From positions 2,542,001-2,606,000 of the forward strand of contig JBHGNT010000003.1 of the NCBI GenBank assembly GCA_043228905.1: 64,000 nt of DNA. Direction: 5' to 3'. The position numbers were made by a program, and so were the translations under genes. Of this stretch, positions 1-12,269 are shown piece by piece (within the stretch, counting starts at the first letter, position 1; each line of letters starts with the position of its first letter). The DNA is from Azolla caroliniana (lineage: Eukaryota > Plantae > Polypodiophyta). Below the pieces are notes generated by a model that had not been told where the DNA came from, made no database searches, and worked only from the letters and a program-made list of their open reading frames with translations.

Positions 1-1983
1 ACATCCAGGCCTTCGACGTCAATGTTTGCATGAAGTCGGCATTGTGGTAGATGATAATGTTAGGTCCGATGGTCTTCGAAAGTATGAGTCTTGGTTTCAA
101 TTGGCGTTTAGAGATGGAGAAGTATGGGACCTACAAGATCAAATCTTCTCAATGTGGGAGAATAAGGAGGTAAAGGGTCAACGACAAAAGAAATGTAGGG
201 TTGACCCTCAACTAGAGTTAAAGTCACAAGCCGCCAAGAAAATTGACTTGACAATTGAAGAAGCGGCAGACGACATGAAGCTGTCTCTATGGAGAGCGAT
301 GCAAGGTATTAAGGACGAGCAGCTTCTTGTGTCGGTTTTGTCAAGGGTTCTGGCGAAAGATTTAAGCCTTGAAGAAATGGTCACTGAGTTCAATAAGTAA
401 GTCTTTCAAATACTGAAATTGTAGTCTATCTGGTGTAATTTAAAGTTCTAATCTTGAATTCTAATTTTACAGTCATAAGGTGTACATGAAGATCCAAGAA
501 GTTATGATGAAACAACTTGGATGTATAACTTGGGAACAAGTGACCGAGGATTATCCTCTAACGTCTTCGTATAAGGCGTTATCAGAGTATTTTATTGCAT
601 TCAAGGATTGGATTAGTATTCATGGTTTTTCATTACCCTTTCATCATATGTAGAGCTTGTATAATAATACCTAATGTCCTATTGCTTCTATTAGAAACCG
701 TGTCAAGGCAAGAAACAAGGAGAAGTTAAGGATATACACGATTTCCCTACATCCTTCCTTGCACATCTCGAGCGAGCCAGAAAAGAAAAGGATCGTCGCT
801 TAGTCAAGGCGTACGAAATGGAGGAAGATGGCTCCTTTAAAAAATTTAGCCACAAAAAAGATATTACGAGAGATCTTTACTACAATGTGGTTTGCGGTGA
901 TGTCATCGACTTGATCCAGAAGGTGCCAAAGAAGGAATATACGCTAATGATTGCGGATATTCCTTACGGATTTCGAATGGCTGGGTCATCATACAACGAT
1001 GAACCGTTTAGGTTTAAACAATTGGAGAAGATGGTCAAGGATTTCGTTGAGCTAACGACCGCATCCTTGTGGCGAATAGTTGTCTTTCATAGTATGGACC
1101 AAGGGTACTCGGTAGCTCAAGCTTTGAGATCTCGTTGCCATGGCATCGAGAACCTTGCATGGTAAGGATTATTTATAGGTGTCTTTCACTATATTGCATT
1201 TCTTAAGGTTGTTGAATCTATTCTTAACTCGATGTATTATTTTTTATAGGATCAAGACCAATGTAAATAGAGGGCCAACTTTTCGGTTCGTTAATGCCAT
1301 TGAATACATAACGGTTGGCTACTTCGATGAAATTAAGAAACAGAGAATCAAAGAGCATTCTAATGAAGTGGGAGGTTCAAATCTGTTGGTATATCCAGCA
1401 GTGACACGGAAATTGCGACATGTCACCACGACAGAACGGGGACTTGTCAACCCATACCAAAAACCTCAACAACTTATGATGCGCTTGATCGAGATGTTTT
1501 CTGTCGAAGGAGACTGGATATTAGATCTCTTTTCTAGCACAGTATTCCTCGAACTAGGGTAACGATCTTGAGATAACCAATCCCTTTTTTTTCGTTTGAC
1601 AACTAAATCTTCTTGTTACTTACATCACAGGAACTACGTCTGCATGTGCATTGAAGCTTTTTAGAAATACAGTTGCATTGGAGAAGGACAAGGACCAAGT
1701 TATATTTATTAATATGCGGATTAAGGCTTTGTGGGAGTGCCCAGACCAGGATGAGGAGGTCGGTGCAAAGAACCTCGCCAATACAGAAAGGTTTCAACCT
1801 GCTTCGCGAGAGCCTATTCCTCCGTTAGCCTGCGAACCAGGGGAGCTAATAGAGCTTGATGATGAGCTTATAGAAGATATTTCGTTGGCTCGGCTAACAG
1901 GGGAAACCAATGCACGTATAGCCGAAGACGGTTCTACACAAGATGATGAAGAAAATGACGTTGATGAATTGATTGCTATGTAA
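1..1983 (+). pseudogene. Copy A (5'-truncated by the window) of a spliced gene: helical region + beta-class N6-adenine/N4-cytosine DNA methyltransferase (N6_N4_Mtase-like) + acidic tail
   Basis: Exons 1-396, 473-611, 695-1161, 1250-1542 and 1631-1983 join into one protein. It contains CGDVIDLI, LMIADIPYG (motif IV, 956-967), W-IK...E, NPYQKPQQLMMRLIEMFSVEGDWILDLFSST/GTT (motifs VIII-X-I) and ALEKD. Lesions: the intron-2 donor reads ATTAGT at 612 (GT in copy B), and one G is missing at the intron-4 donor (about 1542). Confidence 0.85.
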
Positions 1984-2403
1984 TAGACTCTATGAAGAAA
2001 ATGACACTGACGATTTGTTAAGATTTCACATTATTAATACAAATTTTGGGTTTTACCTAGTGGATTCTATTCTTTATAATCTTCTATATGTTTCAATTTT
2101 ATTTTTATATACTTGATTAGTAGATTTATGACATTGGTTTCACCGCGTGCATAGCTGACTACCAAACTTATGGAGAAACATGAACTAGTTTAAATTGAGG
2201 CTGATTTTGGTCCAAGCTAACCTTAACAGAACATGGCCCTATAATTGTTGCCATGACTGTCCATGTTGTTATTATGGATCTTTGTCTTCTATTGTTAAAA
2301 CTATTATGTTTCTATTCCATTGCTGCTTAGATTGTGTAGTGTGTTGATAATGGTTCCAGTTGCGTTATCGTTCGGAGTTTGATCTTGTGTGAATCACCTA
2401 AGC

Positions 2404-2643
2404 AATAGAGTAGATCAATTTTAAATACAGGTATGAAAGCCTAATAGGTTTGTTATTTCCACGACATTATCCTAAAGTTCACTGCCTTACATTGTCCACA
2501 ATTATAAACATATGGTTTGATCCCATATGAACAAACTGAGGAATAGATTAGATCAACTTTAAATACAAGTATTGAATACTTTAATAAGTTAGTTATTCCA
2601 ATCACTTATCCTAATGTGCACTATCCTACATTTTCCACAATTA
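2404..2643. repeat. Degenerate direct duplication of about 100 bp (2404-2503 / 2542-2643)
   Basis: aatagagtagatcaattttaaatacag...ttatcctaaagttcactgccttacattgtccacaatta recurs as aatagattagatcaactttaaatacaag...ttatcctaatgtgcactatcctacattttccacaatta. Confidence 0.7.
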
Positions 2644-2819
2644 CATACATGCACATATGGGTCAAAGTATAAATTATATCTCATTTTATTAGTATGGATA
2701 CAAGTACACCTGATATTTTTGTAAAACTTACCTAATTAATATAAGTCTTTAAGTTAGTGTTTCCCTTGTCGCACAGTAGTGACATATTGAGCCATAGTTG
2801 AACTTTATTATGCCTACAT

Positions 2820-3165
2820 TAACTTATCAACATTTCTAAACTTGCATGATTTCTAATGATCTCCACTCGTAGATCTATCATGTATTTTTATATTTGCAAA
2901 TTCTCATCAAGTTGAGGAACATGTGATACTAGTGCATCCAATTTTTGTAGAGAGGGTGTATTTGCTTCGTTTTAAGAAGATTCTACAAGTGGAATGCGCA
3001 ATCCTTCCACTTGTGAACGTGAACGTGTTACATTGGCAATGTCCCATTGAGTAAAGAAGGTAAACAAACTTTTATTAAAAATATCTTGCATGTACCAACC
3101 ATTACGAAGAATTTGGTCTCCGTCGGCCAAATTCTTGAGCAAGGGATGCAAGTACGATTTAATCA
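2820..3165 (-). pseudogene. Unidentified degenerate ORF fragment convergent on MTase copy A
   Basis: The frame GLIKSYLHPLLKNLADGDQILRNGWYMQDIFNKSLFTFFTQWDI...ESS*NEANTPSLQKLDALVSHVPQLDENLQI*KYMIDLRVE continues through isolated TAA codons. It is cut at its 5' side by copia sequence. Confidence 0.35.
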
Positions 3166-3169
3166 AGCC

Positions 3170-3912
3170 GGTTGCTTCATCGAAAAGGAGGACTGACTCA
3201 TCGCTCGCGGACGAAGAGAGGGCTGAATGCTTATTCTCGACTCGCACGAGATGAAATCAACCATGTTCACAAAGGGCAAGAAAGCCGATTCCGACGTAGA
3301 GTTATGGCACAAGCGGATTGGCCATATCAACCTCCAAAAACTCAGGGCAATGCAATCGAAAGGAGTCGTCATCGGGCTCCTGACAATCAAGGAGAAAGAA
3401 ATTAGAGGCGCCCATCAGCAAGCAACATCGACACCCATTTCCGAAGGAGCGGAATGTGAGCAAAGGTGTACCCGACGTTGTCGCTTGTTACACGCGTGCG
3501 TATGGAATGAGGCGGGACCACGGGGGTCTTGAACCAAGGAATAACCGATCAAGAGTAGGAGCAAGGAAGACAACGGTCGTGCTTCCACACACACACACAC
3601 ACACAGAAACCACAACCGAATGAAACAACGGAAAAGAGACAAATGGTTATAAGTATATATATACTCTGATGAAAAGGGGTTACAACCGGTAGGCCGGTGA
3701 GCGACAAATCTCCTACGTTGCCGACTAATATGCATTCCTCCGACTTCGGGTCCAACATCCTCCTCTTCTCATCGGGCACATGCACATATGCAATGATGCC
3801 GAATACCCTTAGGTGTCTTAAATACGACTTCCTCCCGAAATACAGCTCGTGTGCAAACACCTTCTCTCCAATCCGATTCTGGATGTAAAAGGTTGTCTGA
3901 ATGGCTTCGGCT
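3170..3912. mobile_element. Rearranged Ty1/copia fragment: + strand GAG-pre-integrase/integrase start, inverted LTR piece, - strand integrase
   Basis: + strand LWHKRIGHINLQKL...KQHRHPFPKERN (3230-3480); LTR-like segment starting TGTTACAC at about 3486 with (CA)n and TATA; - strand YIQNR...LRVFGIIAYVHVPDEKRRMLDPKSEECILVG (3720-3910). Confidence 0.8.
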
Positions 3913-5315
3913 CAAATTGTTAATTTTAATTTTAGACCTAATTCTAATCCCATTTCGTATACATTTTGCAAATTATGTGATCCTTGTTTGTCATTTGCAA
4001 ATGAGTTGTGATTAGCGTTGTGTTTACTAGAGGATACACATTAAACAAACAATAAATTTGCCTGCACTTTCCCATCATTCAAAAAAGAAAAACTTTATCT
4101 CTAAAATCGAGATCAAGCTCTCACCAATGAGAAACCAATCCAGGCTCTATAGATTAAAGAATGGCACAAAACATGTGTTGAGGAAACCCTTACATCCACA
4201 AACCTTTATAATAAGGAGTTCCCTTTACTATGTATGCGATCATAAATTTGATTTTACTCAGCTCATCAACACCCATGACATGAGCCATGTAGGGGTGTGG
4301 ACGAACTTTAGCTGTATGGTTTGGCTATGGTGCATAAAATGATGAAGAAGAAGGGGAAGAAGACCATGCTTCTTTGGCTCACTCCTATTGGCGAAGTCTT
4401 AAGCTTTCACAACAGAGGATAAAGAAGGCATCCACTTGAATTACTTAATATGTGGTGTCATGATAAGGACATGTTGATTTAGTGCGATCATAGAGGATAA
4501 TTGTCAAGATACCCCACAATCCATTGAAGTTATTGTTTGTGGAGAGCTTTTTGTATGTGAAATTACTTCTTGTAATCAATGTCCGATGAGTTTTTTCCGT
4601 AAATGCAAGCTTTGAGTGTTAGGATTTTGGTCTCTACGACCTACTCACTCACATTCCCATCCACGAAACATCTAGATATCAGTACCGACAATGTAATAGA
4701 TCATTAATCACTATAATTCAGGCATTGAACATTACAAATTAAAACATTAATCACATTTTTACCTTTATGTATCATTTTCTCTTATGGAATTATGCATGAG
4801 CATAAAAAATTATCGATTAATTGGCAGTCAAATATGCATGCATTACTTGTAACAGGTTCCCAAATAATTTGATAACCACCACACGATTTCTCTAAACTAT
4901 AATATCATATTGCATACTCGACCAAAATGTACGGAGAGTATTTGGGGGAATAATACGGACCAAAATGTACTTCATTGGTCATGAACAAGACAATTACTTA
5001 TTTGACTCTTAAATCATTATGCAAATACTTGTAACAAGTTGCTCAACAATCCATTACCCACCAAGCAATTTATTGTAGGTACAATATCTAGTTGCAACTA
5101 TCATGTTGGGCTATGTTTTCAGAAGTACATGAACGCTTATGATCAGGGTTACAATGTTAGTTATGAATTACCTTACTTTTGCTACAATGATGGTCAGACT
5201 AGATTATGAATCAAATAAACATCAATAACCAGATATAAATAAAATGGTGAAGCAAAATGAGATCCTCAATAAACAAAGAAAGCTCTCAAGGGTTTAAGGT
5301 TTAGGGTTAGGCTCA

Positions 5316-5440
5316 TTTAGAGATTTCCGTGATAACCGAATAACGTGTATAGATTATTTGCAATAATGATAACAAGAGCAGTAGAGATGTTAGCAGAAAC
5401 TGAAAGCCAAAACAATAGCCGAGAAAAATACATTGGCCAA
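5316..5440 (-). pseudogene. DUF247 C-terminal (transmembrane) remnant
   Basis: Frameshifted YFSR...LLLLLSLLQIIYT-LFGY matches the C-terminus of the array genes (YFSRPW...LLLLFSLLQTGYTIAGYY). The flank resembles their 3' UTRs. Confidence 0.55.
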
Positions 5441-8400
5441 AAATTCACATTCAAGACATGCCAATGGATATTTTTATGTTAGCCGTCTTGTTCAACTTGT
5501 AGGTAATTTGATGAAGGTGGGATTAGGAAGACAGACAACCAAGAAGAAGAACAAGATATTGTGCTGTAGTACTTCATTGAGACAATTACTTAATTTAACT
5601 CCTACAATATCTATTCCCATTAATACATGAATCACGAAAAATGACTCACCAGAAATACATAATCACCCACAATTTCAGAAACCAATCTGGATTACAAATC
5701 AATAAAACAGGATTCGCCATAAGTACATAATCTTCCTCAATTTCATAAGCCAATGTGGATTATAAATCAACAAAACATAAATAATGGGAAATTATTGAAT
5801 TAATAAACAGAAATTGAAATCCCTAGATGAATAAACAAAGCTCAATACTTGATAGTGTTGAGCTTCTCTATGATCCTATGCATACCAAAAGCATGGATTC
5901 GATTCCCATTTAGGCGAGATTGATCTCCATCATTTAGAATCTTGGCAAGAACGAACCAACGGTGGCCTTATGCACAAATGGCTTGAGTGAAAGCAAACGA
6001 ATTGAACCCTCAGCTGAATAGTGTTCGTATAATTGTTTGAGAGATGTATGTAATACTCCAAATAATAAAAACTCAGAGACATTTTTGGTTTCTATTTTGT
6101 CGATCCACAATCGAACAGTAATAAATAAATTTGATAAGAAGGATTTCTTTAAACATAGATGTTTCCATTTCCTTTGAATGGAAGCATTGATTTTCCCTGT
6201 GCTGTCACTAGGCAATATTCCGTCAGACAAATCAAATCAGCTCACACATTTTGTGAAAGGCTGAAGGCTATGCCTCTAAACTAGAAATTAATATAATATT
6301 TCCTTTGTTTTTACTGAAAGATATAAAAGTTTGTTATTGTTTTTTCTTCTTTTACTTTCTAAAGTGTTATGTGAGCACTTTTATATGCTTAATTGTCTTT
6401 TTGTGCATCTCATTCCGTTTGTTTCCATGTTTCTATCCCTCCAATAGACTCAAAATGTATGTATATATAGTAATGACTTTCTTTAATTTTGATACCTTAA
6501 AAATATATGATAGGAACAAAAACGAGAGAATGTAGAAGCGTCATGTTTAAGCTCAATTACTAAGGAGCAATGACCAAATACTAACACAAAATGCACCTCA
6601 GTGTGCGAAACAACCACGGGACAAAGTCCAAAACAATCCACTATTAACAAACAAAATTCAACGAAGATACAAGTTCTACCTCTAGATATGCTAGAGTTAA
6701 GTAGAGGTATGTAGAGAATAATACTACCGATGAAGTGGAGACAACAAACAATAAGAATAACAACTACACTCACAAACACACGAGTGAGAGAGAATCGAGA
6801 TGAAACCAAGAATAACTAAAAGGATAAGTAAAGAAAGGGTGTTCATGGATCGTTGCCCTTTCACATATACTAATAGTAAAGGTAATATTAGTAATAATAA
6901 AGGAAAGTGATTGGACACGTTAACAACTTAACACTATATACATATGTATATAATGCGTTGACTCTGTTCGAATAACAATATATGAATGAAATCAATGTTT
7001 ATCCCTTATACTAAGTACTTAACACACAAAGAAATAATATTGAAGCACGACAATTTAGATAACCTCTCTCAGCTTTGTTCATATGTCACATCGATGATCT
7101 TGAATGCACACAACAAACAAGAAGAATAGATCGTAGAATAACTCTAAGATTATCCACAATGATTTCACTAAATGTACATTGTAGTAAGTAGGCTTGATGT
7201 ATTTAGTACATCCCACAACATGTGCAACATCCCACATGAATCTAGAGGCCCTTCCTCGTACATACATAAATACATTTTCAAATTATAATGAATCATTTTC
7301 ATACTTTCAAATTTCATATGACACAATATGTATCTGAATAAGTGTATAGTCGTTATTGCTAGTAATAGGAGAAGTTCTACATTGTCAAAAGAGAGAACAA
7401 TTATAGTACAATGAAACTAAGTGCCCTTGAGCTTAGCCAAAGTGTAGAAAGTTGAAAGTAACCTAGCATTGCATTATTGCCCCACAAGGAGTCTATATCA
7501 CTATTCTCGGAATGTAAAGTCATAGCTAAAATTATATGCCACACAATCACGATTTGAGATTAGGTTGTTAATATGTTATCTAGGAATGTGAATATTGAAC
7601 AAATCATAATTTGGGAAGATGAAAGATGAAATATTGGATCTTAGGAACAAATAACAAAAAGCATGTTATAAATTATGTGAAGTTCATATATGTGTGCTTG
7701 TGTGTGTGGGCTTTCCAAATCCTCACTTGGTTAATCCTAATCATAGGTACATCCTTAGCTAGTTTGGTGGGATCCATTACCATCATGGGAGCCTAATGGG
7801 AGCCCACCAATCACGAGTTTCCATATGTCATATACCTTGGCATGAAATGGCAAATGGGAATGACAACCACCGTTCAATATTTCTCACCACTTTGCATTTG
7901 ACTAACATACATTTCACACCTTTTTTGTATTAAGTGATATCCAATTCAAAGCCATAGTTTGTAAGAAGCCATAGCTTGTAAGAAGCCAGCTTCGTAGAGG
8001 GATATACTTAGAGCCAAAAATCATGTTCGTGAACCTCATGCAAGAGGATACTAAAACTAGTGGATATGTTACAAAAACAAAGATGTCTTGATTCGGTGTT
8101 TCTACTATGAGATGATGATCACGATATAGTACTCATCATAAATGCATTGTTATCATTGATGGATTCATGAAACTTTACAAACAGGGTAATTGGCATCCTC
8201 AACGCAAAGGCTCCAAGTTGTTGGCTTGGCATAATCATGGGGTTGACGTAGATTACTTTGTTCATCACATTAATAGATGTAAGTAAACACATGTAGGCTC
8301 TAGGTGTTCGCCTTTGAATGGAAGGTTTGATTTCCTTTGCATTGAGCATGAAGTCTTACATTCATAGAGAATCAGATTATATACACCATGTTCTCATGCT

Positions 8401-8569
8401 ACTTGGAACAAAAATGCATCAAGAAGCTCCGACTTCATAATTTTTAAAATCCTATTGCCTATTCCTATGTAATGCTTTTGGTTCTAATTCGGCAGATACC
8501 GTTTTTTTTCCCCCAAACAAGATATCCTTCCATTAGTTTTAAAAAGGCATAGATAGAAAGGAAGCGACA

Positions 8570-9690
8570 ATTCTTCCCAAGCTCGTCTTGTTAAGACAAT
8601 GGCCAGCCATGGATCCTTATTTGATAGAATTGATTGAGCACTTCCTCAAATTCCCCATTCTCAACATATCCTGCAATTAGTGCATTCCAAGAGACCTATT
8701 CTTGGATTGAAAGCCTGTTAAATACTACCTGTGCCTCGGCAAGTGACCCACATTTAGTATACCTGTGTACTAATGTATTGCCATTGAAATAATCTATTTC
8801 AACAACTTTTCGTACAATGTCCTTGTGAATTTCATTGCTTGCTAATGTAGTTGTAATGGTGCCACATTCTTCTAGGCATAGATTGACACATGCGTGATAT
8901 TCGTGATATTCTCCATGCACAATATTCTCAATATTCGAGAATACAAAATGGCCCCAAGAATATTAAAAAACCATTCGTTTTGTAAAATAAATATAAAAAA
9001 TTAAATAAATGTATTTCACAAAAAAAAAAACAATTATTCATTAATAGATTATAGTGTCAAGAGCGTTTATGAAACTTATTTTAATTAATTCATTTTTTTA
9101 AAACGAATATTTTTATATTTATTATACAAATATGATTAGTATGAACTTTGAAGATATGATTAGTTTGAAGTACCATTTTTAATGTCAAGATAAAAATATC
9201 CATAAATTTTGAGGAAATAAAAAGGGAGAGATTAATGAGCCTTTATTTTATTTTATTTATTTATTTATTAAAAATAAAACGACTATACATTTATTATAAA
9301 AATTTAGTAGTGTCAAGTCCCCAAAGTCCCTCTTTTATTATACCTATTTATTGTTAAGTTCCTTTTTTTTTATCTTAGGAATTCTTTTTAAAGAAACGTT
9401 TTTTTTGGGGGGGGGGAGAGGGGGTAAAACGAATACTTGACTACCCATTCGTATTCGTATTCGTTTTCATTCGAATGGGAATCCCCACGAATGCGAATAT
9501 GTCAATCTATGCTTTTAAGCAACAAACAAGTGTAATAGTAGTCGGAGGGATGCCCAACCTTTGCATTTTCTCAAAGAGGGAGAGAGTTGTGTCACTATAT
9601 CCATGCTCCACATATCCCGCGGTCAAATATCTTCCATGAAATGGAATCTTTCACAGGAAGATCATTGAAAATTTCTCTGTGTTGTTGAGA
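8570..9690 (-). pseudogene. Pentatricopeptide-repeat (PLS-type) gene remnant, split by a MITE-like insertion
   Basis: GNTLVHRYTKCGSLAEAQVVFNRL followed by a SWNALIAGY-like motif; upstream TITLVCCLKA; stops and frameshifts. Confidence 0.7.
8876..9512. mobile_element. MITE-like non-autonomous DNA element (hAT-like)
   Basis: 16-bp terminal inverted repeats GCATAGATTGACA(C/T)AT with one mismatch, subterminal ATTCG/CGAAT repeats, AT-rich interior, interrupts the PPR frame. The TSD is not clean. Confidence 0.55.
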
Positions 9691-9699
9691 GAAAACCAC

Positions 9700-10310
9700 A
9701 TTCCCCCTCACTTTTTCAAAATTACCTTTCTACCCCTCCTACTTTTTCCTATTACCACCCTACCCCTCCCCTAAATCCCCCCTCATTTCTTCAAAACTAA
9801 ACACCCTACCCCCACCCCTCCTCTCTCTAAATCTTTTCCTTTCTTTCTCTCTCACACTTAAGCTATCACTTCTCCCTCTCTTAGTTTTTCCTTCCCTCTT
9901 TCAAAATCTTTTCCTATCCTATTTTATCCACCTTTCTATTTTTGTTTTTCTACCCTCTACCATGTATTACTTTTTCTTACCCTACCCCTCCCCATCCTCT
10001 TCCTAAATTTATAGCCTTCCTCCTTTTTATTTTCTTTCTTTCCCACACTTTTCTCTCTCCTCTTTCCTTCTTCTCTCTTACTTTGTCTAGTTTACACACG
10101 CATCTCTCTCCTCTCTCTACCCTTTTACTCTCTCTTACTTTTCTCTCATTTTCCCACCCTTGATCCTAGTAGATCTACTCACTCCCCTTATGTCTACTCA
10201 TTCCCCTACCTCTCTCTCTCTCTCCTCTTTCCTTCCCTTCTCATCATCTCACATATTTTCCTTAAACCCCACTCCCTATTGTCATTTCTCTAAAGCCTGT
10301 CCTAAAACTC
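9700..10310. repeat. Long polypyrimidine (CT-rich) low-complexity tract
   Basis: About 600 bp dominated by C and T, with very few G. Confidence 0.8.
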
Positions 10311-10646
10311 CTTATATAAACTAGTTTTAGCATTTAGCATTGATGAACCCCATTGTGGGCTAAACTAGTTTGCTCATGACCATATCCCCATGTAATTCTT
10401 TTTTCTAATCTTAATTAATAGTTAATGACTAGCCCTCTCTCCCTTTCTCACTACATTTTTAGATTTTTTAGTTATATTTAAGTTTTAATCTCTCTCTCAA
10501 GGTTTTAAATTTAAGTTATCAAGGTTTAATCCCTCTCTCTCATGCTCTCTAAGCCATGCATCGATGACACACTGTTCGCACTCCTTGTCATCGACGATCG
10601 TGTGATCAACAAAAGACGAGACTACTCAGCTTCCCAAGAGTAGTTC

Positions 10647-11560
10647 TTGCTAGCCCTTTGGGTAATAAGGCAGTCTTCTCTAACGTCCATGTCTCTCTTC
10701 CCCCTAGCATTCTCTCAGTTCTTGGGATGGAATCCATCATTGGACATGTCGGAGCTCACTCAACTCTGTTACGGAAGGCCGTCACGATGCTCATGCGGCT
10801 TGAATCTCTGCAAAGATACACGAGCCTGGTCGATCTCATCATCATCAGGTTCATTAGGGAGCATTTTGAAGGCGAATCCGAGGTCATTCTGGGCCCCCTC
10901 ATGAAGAAACTCACATTCTCTATGGCTTGTGAGGTTCTGATAGGCTCTTTCTCCACTTCGATTCGATGGTGAAAGGCATGATGCAGATGCCCATCAACAT
11001 TCCTGGAACGAGATATCATAAAGCAGTTGCAGAATCTAATGCGATAAGACAGCAGTTCCAGAGTTGGATCAATGAGAGAAGGCGAGATATAGATGCTGGC
11101 TCCATTGCTGAGTATCCAGACATTCTCTCCGGTGTTCTTGCAGATATGGACAAGCATGGGAAGCCTTTGTCTGATAAGGAGGTGAAGGACAACATCCTCT
11201 TCTTGCTCTTTGCAAACTATGATGCCGCCACCGTCGTAGCCACCATGACCTGCAAATATCTTGCATCTCATCCGGACATAATGGACGAGGTTTACAGAGG
11301 TTTGTTTGCTACTCTTGAGAAATCTTATGATCTTTGTATGGATGTGCTTCTTAATGCTCTTGGTGTGCTCAGAGAACAAGGCTATGGCGGCAAGCAAGGC
11401 CCCCGGTGAGGTGCTGAACTGGAGGGATATACGGAAGATGAAGCTCTCATGGAGGGTCGTTCAAGAATCAATGAGACTAGCACCGCGAGCGCAGTTGTCA
11501 TTCAGAGAGGCACAAGAAGACATGAGCTTCGATGGCTTCAGGTTCCCCAAATCATGGAAG
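10647..11560 (+). pseudogene. Cytochrome P450 pseudogene, clan 85 (CYP716/CYP725-like)
   Basis: PINIPGTRYHKA, LSDKEVKDNILFLLFANYD (I-helix), K-helix QESMRL, FREAQEDMSFDGFRFPKSWK/gt; intron 11300-11372. Frameshift or deletion near 10960; no N-terminal exon and no heme-binding FxxGxRxCxG exon found. Confidence 0.85.
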
Positions 11561-11996
11561 GTGAGCACTGAGACGCACAGATCTTTCTCGCCTTAAAAAC
11601 AATAGTTCTAACTTTTGATTCATCCATAGAATGTAATATTTGCATTCTTCTGCTCAAACAATCGTTTCCATACGTTTTCCATACGAATGCGTATGTTATG
11701 AAAACACGAATGTTTTTTTCACGTTTAAAATTTTTTTCTCGCTTTTTTCCATAAAAAAAGTTTTACCTTATAGTAAATAGACGTTTAAGTAGAAGTTTAG
11801 GAATTTAAGATGTAGTCTACGAACATAAACCATAGGAAGACATCTTGGGATAAAAGATAAGGCATATTGACATCATATTATTATTTAATTTTGTAAATTT
11901 TTAATAATAATTTATTGTGTAATATTATATTTTTTTAAGAGAAAATCTTTTTTTTAAAATAATTATTTTATTTTCCAAAAAAACAATTTAAGTTAA

Positions 11997-12147
11997 CTAT
12001 ATAAATAGAGATCGACTGCTCATTATCTCTTACACGTTTCAAGAGCTCAGAGCACTCTTTAGAAAAAGTCATCGTTTTTTGCGTTCATCAACACATTGTC
12101 AACAACTAGTCTAACATGAAATCGAGCAAGACAGTTGGCAAGTAAGT
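11997..12147 (+). promoter_or_regulatory. Putative TATA box, short first exon (ATG 12116) and GTAAGT donor of MTase copy B
   Basis: CTATATAAATAG at about 11997; ATGAAATCGAGCAAGACAGTTGGCAA/GTAAGT with donor at 12142; lies upstream of the degenerate coding exon starting about 13360. Confidence 0.4.
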
Positions 12148-12269
12148 CTCCTATTACCCAATTTTAAAGATTCCTAAAGATACCATAAAGATTCTTTTTT
12201 ATTATCTATAAAATTGGGTGACTTTAATTATAATTAGTTTGGTGTATGTATAATTTCTTCGGTTTCTTG

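Noticed and set aside
1-1983. Bacterial contamination as the source of the MTase
   Set aside because: Both copies have spliceosomal introns at shared positions, and copy B carries a plant LTR insertion with a TSD.
5290-5312. Telomere-like GGGTTTAAGGTTTAGGGTTAGG
   Set aside because: Only about three imperfect units; corresponds to the DUF247 3' UTR AACCCTAG-type motif.
8119-8349. Possible gypsy integrase zinc-finger relic on the + strand
   Set aside because: Too degenerate to support by eye.
9942-10163. Hydrophobic 73-aa ORF (also 6305, 6483, 24349, 24425)
   Set aside because: Translations of CT- or T-rich low-complexity DNA; no family motifs.
10647-11596. Functional P450 or a biosynthetic gene cluster
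   Set aside because: Frameshifted, with an altered I-helix, no heme-binding exon and no other pathway genes.
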